From: Candidatus Spongiisociaceae bacterium
Lineage (GTDB): Bacteria; Actinomycetota; Acidimicrobiia; Spongiisociales; Spongiisociaceae
Assembly: GCA_965219685.1 (NCBI GenBank)
Contig: CBDCOH010000002.1
Location: forward strand, 2,784,001-2,848,000
Direction of reading: 5' to 3'
Length of the DNA: 64,000 nucleotides
Made by a program: the position numbers and the translations under genes
In this document: piece after piece, positions 48,495 through 58,730 of the stretch
How positions within the stretch are numbered: the first letter of the stretch is position 1
Layout of the letters: each line of letters opens with the position of its first letter
Notes under the pieces: model-generated
Database searches by the model: none
Seen by the model: only the letters and a program-made list of their open reading frames with translations
What the model was told of the DNA's origin: nothing

Positions 48495-49568
48495 ATGCAA
48501 GGACAGGTTATGACAGTGCTCGGTCCGGTGTCGCCCGAAGAGCTCGGACCCACGGTGACGCACGAACACCTACTGGTCGATCTCTCGTGTTACTGGCAAC
48601 CGCCGGATGACCCGGACCGTCGAGCCCTGGCCGAGGCGCCCTTCGAGATGAGCATGATCGGGATAGTCAAGCGGGATCCGTTTTTTTCGCTCGACAACAA
48701 CACGCTCGACGATGTCACCGCGGCGACCGAAGAAGCGAGGGAGTTCAAGAACCTGGGCGGGGGCACGATCGTCGACGTAACACCGGCCGACATAGGTCGC
48801 AACCCGCTCGCCCTCCGGACCGTCGCCCGATCGGCGGGGCTCAACATAGTTGCCGGGACCGGCCATTACGTCCACATCGCGCATCCGCCCGGCCTGGAGA
48901 ACGAACCGACCGGAGAGATCGCAGAGCGAATGATCATCGAACTGACCGAAGGCATCGACGGCACCGGGATACGAGCAGGCGTGATCGGCGAGATAGGCAC
49001 TAGCCACCCGCTCCACCCGCGCGAAGAGAAGGTGCTGCGGGCTGCTGCCCGCGCCCAGCAGGGGACCGGCTACCCGATATCGGTCCACGTCGCCCCTTCG
49101 GCGCGCCAAGGCCACGACGTGCTGGAAATTCTTGAGAACGAGGGCGCCGATCTCGGGCGGGTTGTCATGGGACATCTCGACCTCACCTTGGGCCACCTCG
49201 ACGCCGAATTCGACGAGATCGTTGGATACCACTCCTCGCTCGGCGAGCGTGGGTGCTACATCCAGTACGACACTTGCGGTGTCGAACTCTACGTGCCGTC
49301 CGGCGGCCTCGGTCCACCATTCTGGCTTCCTTCCGACCTGACCCGGCTAAAGGCCATCGCCCGACTGTTGGAGGCGGGCCACGGCGATCGACTCCTGCTC
49401 AGCCAAGACGTCTGCACCAAAAAGGATCTGGTCCGCTACGGAGGCTTCGGCTACGGGCACATCCTGCGGTACTTCGTCCACAACCTCAAGGAGATAGGCG
49501 TCACACGGTCGGAGAGCGACCGAATGCTCATTGACAACCCCAAACGTATGCTCGCGCGGCAGGGGTGA
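48495..49568 (+). CDS. Phosphotriesterase-homology (PHP) amidohydrolase
   Basis: THEHL, GVIGEIG (Glu bridging ligand), SVH, GHLD and LSQDVC motifs. Confidence 0.9.
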   Translation: MQGQVMTVLGPVSPEELGPTVTHEHLLVDLSCYWQPPDDPDRRALAEAPFEMSMIGIVKRDPFFSLDNNTLDDVTAATEEAREFKNLGGGTIVDVTPADIGRNPLALRTVARSAGLNIVAGTGHYVHIAHPPGLENEPTGEIAERMIIELTEGIDGTGIRAGVIGEIGTSHPLHPREEKVLRAAARAQQGTGYPISVHVAPSARQGHDVLEILENEGADLGRVVMGHLDLTLGHLDAEFDEIVGYHSSLGERGCYIQYDTCGVELYVPSGGLGPPFWLPSDLTRLKAIARLLEAGHGDRLLLSQDVCTKKDLVRYGGFGYGHILRYFVHNLKEIGVTRSESDRMLIDNPKRMLARQG

Positions 49569-50209
49569 CGACCCGGGCGATGGTGACCCGCCGTTCTTGG
49601 AGTCCAGTGAGCCGGCGTTGCGGTGATGCTGCAGGCTGGTCGTGAGGTTGCGGGATTTGGGTCTTAACCGGCTCGGGGTTTGCCGGAGAGTTCTTAACTC
49701 AACAATTCCAACCTAGCAAGGCAGGGGCACGGAGAGTCGGCGTACGCCAGTAAGGCCTACATGAAGTATCCAACACCCATGAACCAGACATTTATTCGGT
49801 ATTACCGGCGTATGGACACCCAGACCCTGGATGACATTTACCAGGTCCTCTCCGCAGGCAGGCGGGACTGGGCATAGAGAGCACGGCGCTGGCCTTAGGT
49901 TCGTCTGGGCGTTCTCTCTATGTTACCACTTCGTTTACTACTTGTTCTCTGGTATCTCGTGGTTCTTCCTGGTACTACATGAAGCTATCGGATTACCCTG
50001 AAATGCCCTGTAACCTGGGAGAATAGAGGCCGTGTGGCAGCATCCGGCACCTAGTGGACCTTTGCAGGACGGCAGTCGTCCGCCTCCGCTAGCAACAAGT
50101 TCGAACACGTTCCGTGCCCGGTGGTAGAGGGCAAAGCTCCCCATCCCGACTCCGGTCCACGGAACAGCAAGGCCAACCGTTGGCATGACTCGCAGAGACT
50201 CTCCACTTG

Positions 50210-51247
50210 CTACAACGGGGCCGGGGCGACTCCGAGTTGTGCACGGGCTTCATCGAGCACCTGCAACACACTGACAGACATCGACAGGGGATGCAGTGGC
50301 GACTGCGTTAGACCATCCGAGACATGGCGGGCTGCCCAGACCGCTTGCCTGCACAATCCATCCTCGGCTGTGACAAGGCCCGATCGATCGACGTACTCCG
50401 CAACAGGCACGTTCCTATCGTCATACAGCGTCAACCCCCCGGGAGCAGGATGGCGCGAAGGAATCAAGACCCGGCCATCTGAACCGCCGACGCTGGCCTC
50501 CCCAGAGCCAAATGTGTAAATACTGCAAGTTGCAACGGCTTGTTGACCACTCTCGTTGGTCAAGACAGTTACGGATTGACCATCAACACCTGTTGGAGTT
50601 ACCTCCCCTACGCACTGAACGTGGATCGGCGAGCCCATAACTAAGATGGCGAACCAAACTGAATAGACTCCTATATCCAGTAGAGCTCCGCCTCCAAGTG
50701 CCGGATCATGTATTCGGTTTGTAGGATCTAAAGGAAAGACCGCCCCCAGATCCGCTGTAACCAGTTGTACCTTCCCGAGTTCACCGTCCTGTAGCAGTCT
50801 GTCCAAGACGCTGGTCCTTGGATGAAAGCGTGAATGCATGGCTTCCATCGCGAACCTATTGTGAACTCTTGCTGCATCGCCAATGGCCTGTGCCTCTAAG
50901 GCAGAAGTAGCTAGTGGTTTCTCAACAAGGACATGTTTACCCGCCTCGAGTGAAGCCACGGCCATCCTTTTGTGATGGCTATGCGGGGACGCGATATAGA
51001 CGATGTCAACATCGCTATCGGCGAGCACCGCCTCATAAGAACCGTAAGCACGAGGAATGGAAAACCGTTGGCCAAAGCGTTCAGCCCTCTCGCGCGATCG
51101 AGAGCCAACTGCAGTCACGTCTTGATCGGTGTGACGCTTCAAAGACCGTACGAACTTATTGGCTATTACTCCTGGTGCTAGGATCCCCCAACGCAGGACC
51201 GGGCCACCACGAAGAGGGACAGACTCCGCCTCATGTAACGACTTCAT
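50210..51247 (-). CDS. Gfo/Idh/MocA oxidoreductase
   Basis: RWGILAPGVIA, HVLVEKP and GGGALLDIGVY motifs. Confidence 0.92.
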   Translation of the reverse strand: MKSLHEAESVPLRGGPVLRWGILAPGVIANKFVRSLKRHTDQDVTAVGSRSRERAERFGQRFSIPRAYGSYEAVLADSDVDIVYIASPHSHHKRMAVASLEAGKHVLVEKPLATSALEAQAIGDAARVHNRFAMEAMHSRFHPRTSVLDRLLQDGELGKVQLVTADLGAVFPLDPTNRIHDPALGGGALLDIGVYSVWFAILVMGSPIHVQCVGEVTPTGVDGQSVTVLTNESGQQAVATCSIYTFGSGEASVGGSDGRVLIPSRHPAPGGLTLYDDRNVPVAEYVDRSGLVTAEDGLCRQAVWAARHVSDGLTQSPLHPLSMSVSVLQVLDEARAQLGVAPAPL

Positions 51248-51459
51248 GTCACGGCCCTCATCCGACTACCCGACTCCCGAGCCACGGAGACCGTGACCGA
51301 TCACGTGTCCGCGGCCGGGGCCCGATGCTCTAACGCAAACTCCGCGCAGCTTGGGCCGGGCAAGCGACTCCAAGTAGCCCTTCGTCTCGAACCACCTGAT
51401 CGCATACCGGATCGTTCCCCGTGGGCGAACTGTCAATCCGCGCATGTCGTCCCCAAGTC

Positions 51460-52269
51460 TCACAGCAGGTCGCTCAGGTCATCTTCGAGATTCGTGAAGT
51501 CAATATGGCCTTTCTGCTGGCACACCGCGATGTTGAGGTACTCCAACGGGGCGTCGGTGTGGTTGATGATCCCGTGCGAACCTCCGATTCGATTGGGGAT
51601 ACAGTCACCTTTGGTCACGTCGCCGACCTCGCCATCGACTTTCATCCGCCCCCGACCGCCGATGATCACGTAGCACTCCTGGATGGTGTCATGACGGTGA
51701 TAACCGACCGAGGTGCCGGGAGGCATGAAGGCGTGGTCGACGAAACCCCAATTCGTGGTGAAGACATCGCTGTCGAAGAGGCGCCGGGCGCGGATCTCCC
51801 CTAAGCCTACGTGAGCGCGGCGCGGCGTGAGCAAGGTCGGATCGAGACGTTGGACCAACTCCAACTCACTGTCGTCGGACTCCCGGCCCGTGAGATCATC
51901 GTCCAGCGGCACAGCATCGAACGGTCCATCCTGTGGAGCCACACCGATCCCGACGAAGCTGGTCCAGTGATCGGTGTGATTGAAGATGCCGTGGGCGTCG
52001 CCGGCCCGGCACAGCGCCACCGAGCGCGACTCGACCACACCGAAGTGCTCGTTGTGTGCCACCGACAGCGGACCGTCGATCACCACCAGGCACTCTTCGG
52101 ACTGTTCGTGGAGATGGAGGCCAAGGCTGTGGCCGGGCCCGAGGCGGCCCGCCTTGATGAACGCGAACGACGTCTCGAAGTCCGATCGGTCCAGCATCGT
52201 TATCTCGCCGGCGCCTCCCTTCTCCCGCCGAGCGGTGAACGGACCGGTTTCGTAGTTACGGATTCTCAT
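51460..52269 (-). CDS. Bicupin protein
   Basis: Two cupin repeats (HLHEQSEE...HGIFN and HRHDTIQE...HGIIN). Confidence 0.85.
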   Translation of the reverse strand: MRIRNYETGPFTARREKGGAGEITMLDRSDFETSFAFIKAGRLGPGHSLGLHLHEQSEECLVVIDGPLSVAHNEHFGVVESRSVALCRAGDAHGIFNHTDHWTSFVGIGVAPQDGPFDAVPLDDDLTGRESDDSELELVQRLDPTLLTPRRAHVGLGEIRARRLFDSDVFTTNWGFVDHAFMPPGTSVGYHRHDTIQECYVIIGGRGRMKVDGEVGDVTKGDCIPNRIGGSHGIINHTDAPLEYLNIAVCQQKGHIDFTNLEDDLSDLL

Positions 52270-52448
52270 GATCTGTCCTTATGCGAGGGTGGCTCGAGCC
52301 CGTCGTCGCCCCTCGCGGTGTCGAGCTGCTAAGCCACTGCTAGCGAAAACAGCAGTTTCACGCCGGGGCGGCGATCTGGAGGAGTCCCCCCCCTCTCGAC
52401 CATGCATCCTAGGGCCGAGGTACGGCACCCGCTCAACCACACTTCTCC

Positions 52449-52937
52449 CTAGTGTGGGAGCCGTCCCGGCGGCGGCTGCAGCAGTTCCAAGACAATCTGG
52501 TCCGGATCATGGAAGTAGACCGCGTACCCGCCCTCATTCACGCCCGCCATGATGCGGTTCGGCTCTGAGAAGAAGGAGACGCCCGCCGCACTCAGCCGGT
52601 CGTACCACCCGTGAATGTCGTCGACCGCCACCGCTAGGTGGGCGGCGCCAGGATTGGCAATGCCGATATCCCCTCGCTGTCCCAACGGTCTCACGTACTG
52701 CACGAGCTCGAGGTCGTGCGTGGAGAGCTGACGAGGCCGGCCGGGCACCGCCAACTGGGCAACGACGATCCGGGCGTCCGGGTAGCCGACCAGGCTCCGC
52801 GTGTACGGGTTGTCCTGAACCTGACGATGGACCAACTCGAACGACAGCAACCCCACGTAGAACTCGACAGAGCGATCCATGTCGGACACGGTGAAGCTGA
52901 AATGCCAGACACCATGGACACCTCCGACGGTTGCCAT
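52449..52937 (-). CDS. VOC/glyoxalase family protein
   Basis: HFSFTVSD, LELVQY, HLAVAVDDI and DPDQIVLEL motifs. Confidence 0.9.
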   Translation of the reverse strand: MATVGGVHGVWHFSFTVSDMDRSVEFYVGLLSFELVHRQVQDNPYTRSLVGYPDARIVVAQLAVPGRPRQLSTHDLELVQYVRPLGQRGDIGIANPGAAHLAVAVDDIHGWYDRLSAAGVSFFSEPNRIMAGVNEGGYAVYFHDPDQIVLELLQPPPGRLPH

Positions 52938-53153
52938 TCAGTCAATCCCTTCTTCCTGCAAGCGGAGGGGGGCCCTCCGTGCTGAACCCGAGCTCCCCGT
53001 ATTCTCGGAAAGCCCTCGTACTCTCCTGCCACACTAGGATATGTTCTCTGCCGTCGCCCACCTTTGCAGCTCTGGTATCCACTTCGCCAACCTCGCCGAC
53101 AAAACGGCTTCCGACCGGGTTGGGCGACCTCCTGACGATCCGCCAACCCGCAT

Positions 53154-54206
53154 TCACGACCCCAGAAGGCTTGGTCTGTTGCAAGCAGTCTCCAGGTGAC
53201 CACCCACCCTGTCGGTAGTGGAAGGGTTAGGCGGACTCAACATTTCGAGTATCTCAACTACATGAAGGGCCACATCGGGTGCCGCACGAGCAGCCGTCCC
53301 GCGACGTATCGCATCCGCCATATCTATGACTCCGATCCCGCGCTGGTTCGAGCTATGACTAGTAGTCTCCTGCTCCACCCTGACAGGATGCCAATTGCGT
53401 TCGTCGTGCCTACGCCACCGTGCTAGGGCCGAGAACGTGTCGGGATTCGGTAGGCACAGCACACCTTCGGTACCGAACACTTGCAGAATCGGCACCTCGC
53501 TCGACGGCGTGTCACCATAGCGTAGGGTTAGTACACACAGGACATCGCCCGCAAACCTAATACTGCAGGAAGCGAAGATCGCTGACGGATCCAGTAGAGG
53601 TGTGACATAAGAGAGTCTAGAGATCCCCGACACCGCGGAGGCAGAACCAAAGAGGTTGACGAGCGCCGAAAGATAATACGGCGCCATGTTGAAGAGCGGA
53701 ATCACTCCGGTTCGGTGTCGTTCGAGTACAGGTAAGGGCCGTAGCATGGAGGCAAATCCTGAGATTGGCTTTCCGATCAGGCCCTGATCCATTGCCCGGC
53801 GACCGGCTTGGAAGCCTGGACCGAGGACGGTGTCCGGTGCACAACCTATGCTCAACCCGGCCTTCTCCGCAGCAGCCAGCAATGTGGCGCCCTCGCTTGT
53901 GGTCAATGCGAGAGGCTTCTCACTGTAGACGTGCTTTCCGGATTCAAGGATGCGAAGACTTGTCTCGTAGTGAGACGGGATAGGTGTGAGGTTGACGATA
54001 AGGTCGAGTTCCTCACAGTCAAGTATGTCCTCGCCATGGAACACCTTTGGGATATCATACGCCCGAGCCAATCGCCCAGCCGCCCGGTCATCTAGATCAC
54101 CGACGCCGATCACTCTGATCCCGGCACTAGCCGCCAGGTTCGGTAGATACTGACCGGCGACCTCTCCCGCACCGAGAATACCCACTCCCGTTGGCTGAGT
54201 CACCAC
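53154..54206 (-). CDS. Gfo/Idh/MocA oxidoreductase
   Basis: GILGAG, HVYSEKP and GCAPDTVLG motifs. Confidence 0.9.
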   Translation of the reverse strand: MVTQPTGVGILGAGEVAGQYLPNLAASAGIRVIGVGDLDDRAAGRLARAYDIPKVFHGEDILDCEELDLIVNLTPIPSHYETSLRILESGKHVYSEKPLALTTSEGATLLAAAEKAGLSIGCAPDTVLGPGFQAGRRAMDQGLIGKPISGFASMLRPLPVLERHRTGVIPLFNMAPYYLSALVNLFGSASAVSGISRLSYVTPLLDPSAIFASCSIRFAGDVLCVLTLRYGDTPSSEVPILQVFGTEGVLCLPNPDTFSALARWRRHDERNWHPVRVEQETTSHSSNQRGIGVIDMADAIRRGTAARAAPDVALHVVEILEMLSPPNPSTTDRVGGHLETACNRPSLLGS

Positions 54207-54399
54207 GATGACTCTCTCCTTCCCGGACACCCGGTTACCGCCGTGTGGAGGGGTTGCAACCGGGCATACCCTCTGCTGTCGGGAAAAAACTGCCCTCCGT
54301 GGACGCATCCGAATACGGGATGGCACTGACAACGTGGTCGGAACAGGTCGTCTCCCGTTCGGTTTCGGATGAAAGAGTTGATGATCCACATGACTCGTC

Positions 54400-55251
54400 T
54401 CACTTCATGGCTCCGATTCGCAGGCCCTCCGTGAGCTTTCTCTCAGTAAACGTATACAAGACGATTATGGGAGAGATCGTTAGCATGAGGGACGCGAAGA
54501 GCGCCCCATAATCGGAACCGTACTGTCCTCGGAATTGTGTCAGCCCTACCGGTAATGTTCGGCTGTCGGGACTCAGCAGGAGAACCTGTCCCAAGCCGAG
54601 TTCGTTCCAGATGAAGATGACTTGGACAAGGCCCACTGCGAGCACCCCTCCCCACGAAAGCGGCAGTACGATGCGTTGGAAGGCTTTGAACTCGCTTGCT
54701 CCATCGATGTGCGCCGCCTCGATGAGGTCCAGCGGAAAGGAGGAGAAGTACGCACGCATCATCACGGCCGCGAAAGGAATAAGACGGGCAGCGTACATCA
54801 CACCAAGAGCTAACGGGTTACTCAGGACACCGAGACGGTCTGACAGCACGAAGAGTGGTATCCAGGTGACGATGAACGGCAGGGTGATGAGAAGGACGAA
54901 GTAACGATTCAGTAACCCACCGAACTTGGTACGGCTTCTGGCGATTGCATAGCCGGCAAACACGCCGGCTCCTACTCCGAGAACGACCCCTACACTGGTT
55001 GCGATCACGCTGTTGCGTGCGAACAGAATCAGTGGCTCTCCAAGGTTCGTGCCATCCCAGGCCCTATGGTAGTTCTCGAACAGCAGTCTTGATGGGAGGT
55101 TCAGCGGTTCGGCGATTATCTCGGTTTGTGACTTGAACGAGGAGAACAGACTTCCTACGACCGGAACGATCGTCACCAACGTCCATAGCAATAGGCAAAA
55201 AACCCCGAAGCCTTTGAGAATGCTGGCTGGTATGCTCCGTAGCGGCCACAT
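54400..55251 (-). CDS. Carbohydrate ABC permease (MalG-like)
   Basis: EAAHIDGAS, WNE and TLPVGL motifs. Confidence 0.9.
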   Translation of the reverse strand: MWPLRSIPASILKGFGVFCLLLWTLVTIVPVVGSLFSSFKSQTEIIAEPLNLPSRLLFENYHRAWDGTNLGEPLILFARNSVIATSVGVVLGVGAGVFAGYAIARSRTKFGGLLNRYFVLLITLPFIVTWIPLFVLSDRLGVLSNPLALGVMYAARLIPFAAVMMRAYFSSFPLDLIEAAHIDGASEFKAFQRIVLPLSWGGVLAVGLVQVIFIWNELGLGQVLLLSPDSRTLPVGLTQFRGQYGSDYGALFASLMLTISPIIVLYTFTERKLTEGLRIGAMK

Positions 55252-55262
55252 CGTGATCGGTA

Positions 55263-56189
55263 TTACCCCGCCCGTTCGAGGCGTTTGGTCCGAATTATGG
55301 TGAGATACGCCATCGATAGTCCAGCTATCACCAGGCTCGTGACAATCGCCTGGGCTGTTGCATAGCCAAACCTCCGATTGACGAAGGCCTCGCGCCATAC
55401 GAAGGTTGCTGCGACTTCTGACAAGCGTCCCGGTCCACCCCGTGTCATTACGAATACCTGATCGAACACCCGGAAGCCAAACATGAACTGGATGAGGGTA
55501 ATAGTTGCGATGACATCTCGGATATGGGGAATACTGATATGTCGGACCCGCTGCAGTACGGACACTCCATCAATGGTTGCTGCTTCATGGATGTAGCGAG
55601 GTATATCCCTTAATGCTGCGATCAGAATGACCATCGGAAACCCGGCAAACTGGAGAACACTGACGAGAATGATCGTGAGGTTAACCGTGGCAGGATCACC
55701 AAGCCAGGGTCGGGAAAGGGACGGATGTATCCGTGCAAGAAGGTCATTGATGCCTCCGAAATTGCCGTCAAGAAAGAATGCCCACACAAGGCTGGTGAAG
55801 ACGATCGGCAGCAATACCGGAAGGAATATCAGGAATTTGAACACGGACGCGCCTCGGATCCTTCGGTCGATAGCCAAGGCGATAGCGCCACCGACTCCGA
55901 CCGTTCCGATCGTCATACCAATCGAATAGACCACTGTGTTCCGGATCGCCAATCTGGCGACTGGGTCACGTACAAGGTCGGAGTAGTTGTCAAGTCCGAT
56001 AAAGACGCCCGGACCGGCGCCAGTCCACTCAAGCAATGAGATTCGTGCCGAGTCTAGGAATGGATACAGGAGGAGGGTAGCTGACAGGGCGACTGCCGGT
56101 AGGGCGAAGAGAGCCCAGACGATGAAACGTCGGATACCTCCACCGGGTGGAGGTATCCGACTACCTTTCTGAGAAGTCGACCTGGTCAA
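55263..56189 (-). CDS. Carbohydrate ABC permease (MalF-like)
   Basis: GLDNY, EAATIDG and FDQVFVMTRGGP motifs. Confidence 0.9.
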   Translation of the reverse strand: MTRSTSQKGSRIPPPGGGIRRFIVWALFALPAVALSATLLLYPFLDSARISLLEWTGAGPGVFIGLDNYSDLVRDPVARLAIRNTVVYSIGMTIGTVGVGGAIALAIDRRIRGASVFKFLIFLPVLLPIVFTSLVWAFFLDGNFGGINDLLARIHPSLSRPWLGDPATVNLTIILVSVLQFAGFPMVILIAALRDIPRYIHEAATIDGVSVLQRVRHISIPHIRDVIATITLIQFMFGFRVFDQVFVMTRGGPGRLSEVAATFVWREAFVNRRFGYATAQAIVTSLVIAGLSMAYLTIIRTKRLERAG

Positions 56190-56232
56190 CTAAGTTCGCG
56201 CTCTCGGCCTTCTGGCGTGAGTTGAGCGTCTC

Positions 56233-57654
56233 CTAACCCGCCCGGAGTTCATCTGCAATGCGCTCCAGATCTGCCATGAGAGCCTCGGCAGTGATAGTGT
56301 CCACCAGCATCTCCACCCAGCCTTCGGCTATTCGATCCCGAAGCCGAATGTGCAGCAGAGTGTTCGGTGCCGGTCGACCCGCGAACTCATCGAGTGCCGA
56401 GAGCTGACTAAGAGCGAGTGGGGGAACTATCTCCGGATCTGGTGAAACATCCTTACGGCCCGAGAATCGTGAGTACTGGGCCATGTACGTCTGGAATTCC
56501 GCACCGGCGATATAGGAAATGAAATCCGCAGCCAACTCTGGATTGTCGCTATTGGCTGCAACCCCCAAGCCGTCAATTGTTGCCAACTGGAACTGGGTCG
56601 GTTCGGCTGTAAGCGACGGTAGGAGCAGCCAACTCCCTTCAAAAGGTAGGTCCGCAGCGTTGATTGCCGCCACTTCCCAACTACCGCTCATGAACATTCC
56701 TGCTTCTTCCGTGAAGAAGAGGGTCTGGCCAATGTCCCGATTAACGGTCGACGGCGAGTCTCCGTAGACTCCCCGATCATTCCACTCGGTATTGATGACC
56801 TCGAACGCTTCTACCGCACAGGCATCCGTGAACCTTGCAGTGGGAGTTGCTCCGGGCAGCCACCCTTGTTCCAGTGCCAGTGCCCAGTCGGTCCCACAGT
56901 TGCTCGCCATGTACTGGCCTGTAAACCACATTGTGGCTCTGAACCCGCTAGTTGCTAGCGCGAGGGGCGTCTTACCCGCATCCCTGAGAGCATCCGTGAT
57001 CGCGTACCAGTCCTCCATCGAGGCGACTCGTCCGGCATCGGGAGCATCGATTCCAAGTTCAGCGAACATGGTCTTGTTGTAATACACGACCGGGATCCAG
57101 TTGAGCCCGACGTTAATGGCAGAGTGCCCGCCATCTGCATCGGTGTAGGTCGCGACGATGGGACCGAGGAAAGCGTCCCCAAGGCCATCCTCCGCGTATA
57201 CGTCGCTGAGGTCCGCCAGAGTCCCGGTATTAACGAGGTCTTCCCAGGTACCGGCGAATCCGACCTGGAGCACGGTCACGTCCGGCGCCTCGTCGGTCGC
57301 GAGAATCCGCGGCAGGGTCGGGAAGTAATCGTTCCCGCCGACTATGGACTCCAGAATGATCGTGGTCCCCGGGTTCGCGGCCATGTACTGGTCAGCGCCG
57401 TCATGTATGAAATCCCAATCGGGGTGGACAGCCACCGTTATCTCGCCCGCGAGTCCGGCTGCGGCCGTCGTGGGCGGAGCCGTCGTAGCTGCGGCCGTCG
57501 TGGGCGGAGCCGTCGTAGCTGCGGCCGTCGTGGGCGGAGCCGTGGTAGCCGCGGTCGTATCTGGAGCGTCGTCGTCACCACACGCGGCGGCGATCAGGAC
57601 CAATACGACAGTGAGTGCAGCCCACTTCTTCTTCTGACCTGCGATGTTTCTCAT
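56233..57654 (-). CDS. Carbohydrate ABC substrate-binding lipoprotein (family 1)
   Basis: Lipobox AAC, TTAPP linker, YYNKTMF; RBS GGAGGAG. Confidence 0.88.
   Translation of the reverse strand: MRNIAGQKKKWAALTVVLVLIAAACGDDDAPDTTAATTAPPTTAAATTAPPTTAAATTAPPTTAAAGLAGEITVAVHPDWDFIHDGADQYMAANPGTTIILESIVGGNDYFPTLPRILATDEAPDVTVLQVGFAGTWEDLVNTGTLADLSDVYAEDGLGDAFLGPIVATYTDADGGHSAINVGLNWIPVVYYNKTMFAELGIDAPDAGRVASMEDWYAITDALRDAGKTPLALATSGFRATMWFTGQYMASNCGTDWALALEQGWLPGATPTARFTDACAVEAFEVINTEWNDRGVYGDSPSTVNRDIGQTLFFTEEAGMFMSGSWEVAAINAADLPFEGSWLLLPSLTAEPTQFQLATIDGLGVAANSDNPELAADFISYIAGAEFQTYMAQYSRFSGRKDVSPDPEIVPPLALSQLSALDEFAGRPAPNTLLHIRLRDRIAEGWVEMLVDTITAEALMADLERIADELRAG
57458..57550 (-). repeat. 30-bp tandem repeat x3 encoding the TTAAATTAPP linker
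   Basis: GCGGCCGTCGTGGGCGGAGCCGTCGTAGCT repeated, in frame in the SBP gene. Confidence 0.9.
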
Positions 57655-57968
57655 AGGCTCCTCCATGTTGTAGGACGGCACCGTTTTGAGTGTTCTGGCA
57701 CCGTGTGTCGGCATGCGACTGCATAGTGCCGACGATCTATGTGTGACGTTCACTATACAGCGTTAATACTCACTATACGGGCTGAGGCTGCAAAAAATGC
57801 GGCTGTGCGCGTTAACGTGGGCAGGTCGAATCCTCGGAGTGCAGCGATCCGCTTGGTGCGGAGTCGGCCATCGGCATCGGCCGCCCACTCGGTGGTGCCC
57901 TGTGACAGACCCGGAGGCCACTATCTCTGTGTTTGGTGGAATGGTGGATCCGGGTTCGGCGGTGACTC

Positions 57969-58382
57969 CTAGGCCGTCCTTACCGGCGGGCCGTCGTATG
58001 CCGGGTCTCTCAGGTCGGATCCCTCCCGGTAGGCGGGGCTGTTAATCACCAGGTAGGTGAGGTTGCCCTTGAACTCGTAGGGAACTCCTCTGGGTATGAG
58101 GATGAAGTCGCCGGGTCCGAATCGTTGGGGCGGATCGTCGCCGACCCGGGCGATACCGTCCCCCTCCACGATGAACATGGCGCGGTCGGTCTCCTCGCAG
58201 GTGATCTGCTGCAGCCTGCCCCAGATCTTGATGTGGGTGATGCTGAGCGAATGTGTCTGATCGGGCATCGAGAACGCCGGATCGCGCTCCGTCGATCCGA
58301 TCGCCTTCTTCATGACCAGCGTGTCCTGATCGGGCCCAATCTCGGCGATCTCCGGCACGTCTTCGAGCCTAATGACGGGCAT
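57969..58382 (-). CDS. Cupin domain protein
   Basis: FIVEGDG...PGDFILIPRGVPY...LVINSPAY. Confidence 0.8.
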   Translation of the reverse strand: MPVIRLEDVPEIAEIGPDQDTLVMKKAIGSTERDPAFSMPDQTHSLSITHIKIWGRLQQITCEETDRAMFIVEGDGIARVGDDPPQRFGPGDFILIPRGVPYEFKGNLTYLVINSPAYREGSDLRDPAYDGPPVRTA

Positions 58383-58580
58383 CGGTCCTCCCTATGGTCG
58401 GCAAGCTCACGGAGAAAACCGTACACGCCGGAACGAGCTACCAGGGTTGGAGTCCGTCGGTCAGCAGTTCCGCAGATCGGTCCGAGCCGGGCGCGTATAG
58501 GCGCGGAACTCGGGCATATGCATCGGACTCCCTTCCCTAATCGCAAGGGCCGTGATGGGCGTTGGCAGGCTCCAAACCCT

Positions 58581-58703
58581 GCCGGCCGGATGATCTACAT
58601 GGACGCGGGGGAATCGGTGGACCAGGGCCCGACGGAGGACCTCATACGCAAGCCACAAAACGAGGACCTCAAGAGGTTCCTCGGTGCCATGTCAACCGCC
58701 TGA
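58581..58703 (+). pseudogene. 3' remnant of a polar amino acid ABC ATP-binding gene
   Basis: AGRMIYMDAGESVDQGPTEDLIRKPQNEDLKRFL resembles GlnQ-type C-termini; no Walker motifs upstream. Confidence 0.6.
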
Positions 58704-58730
58704 CCGCAAATCGGAGACGAGCGACCCGTC

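Noticed and set aside
57458-57550. 30-bp direct repeats as CRISPR or a mobile element
   Set aside because: In-frame tandem copies encoding an ordinary Thr/Ala/Pro lipoprotein linker.
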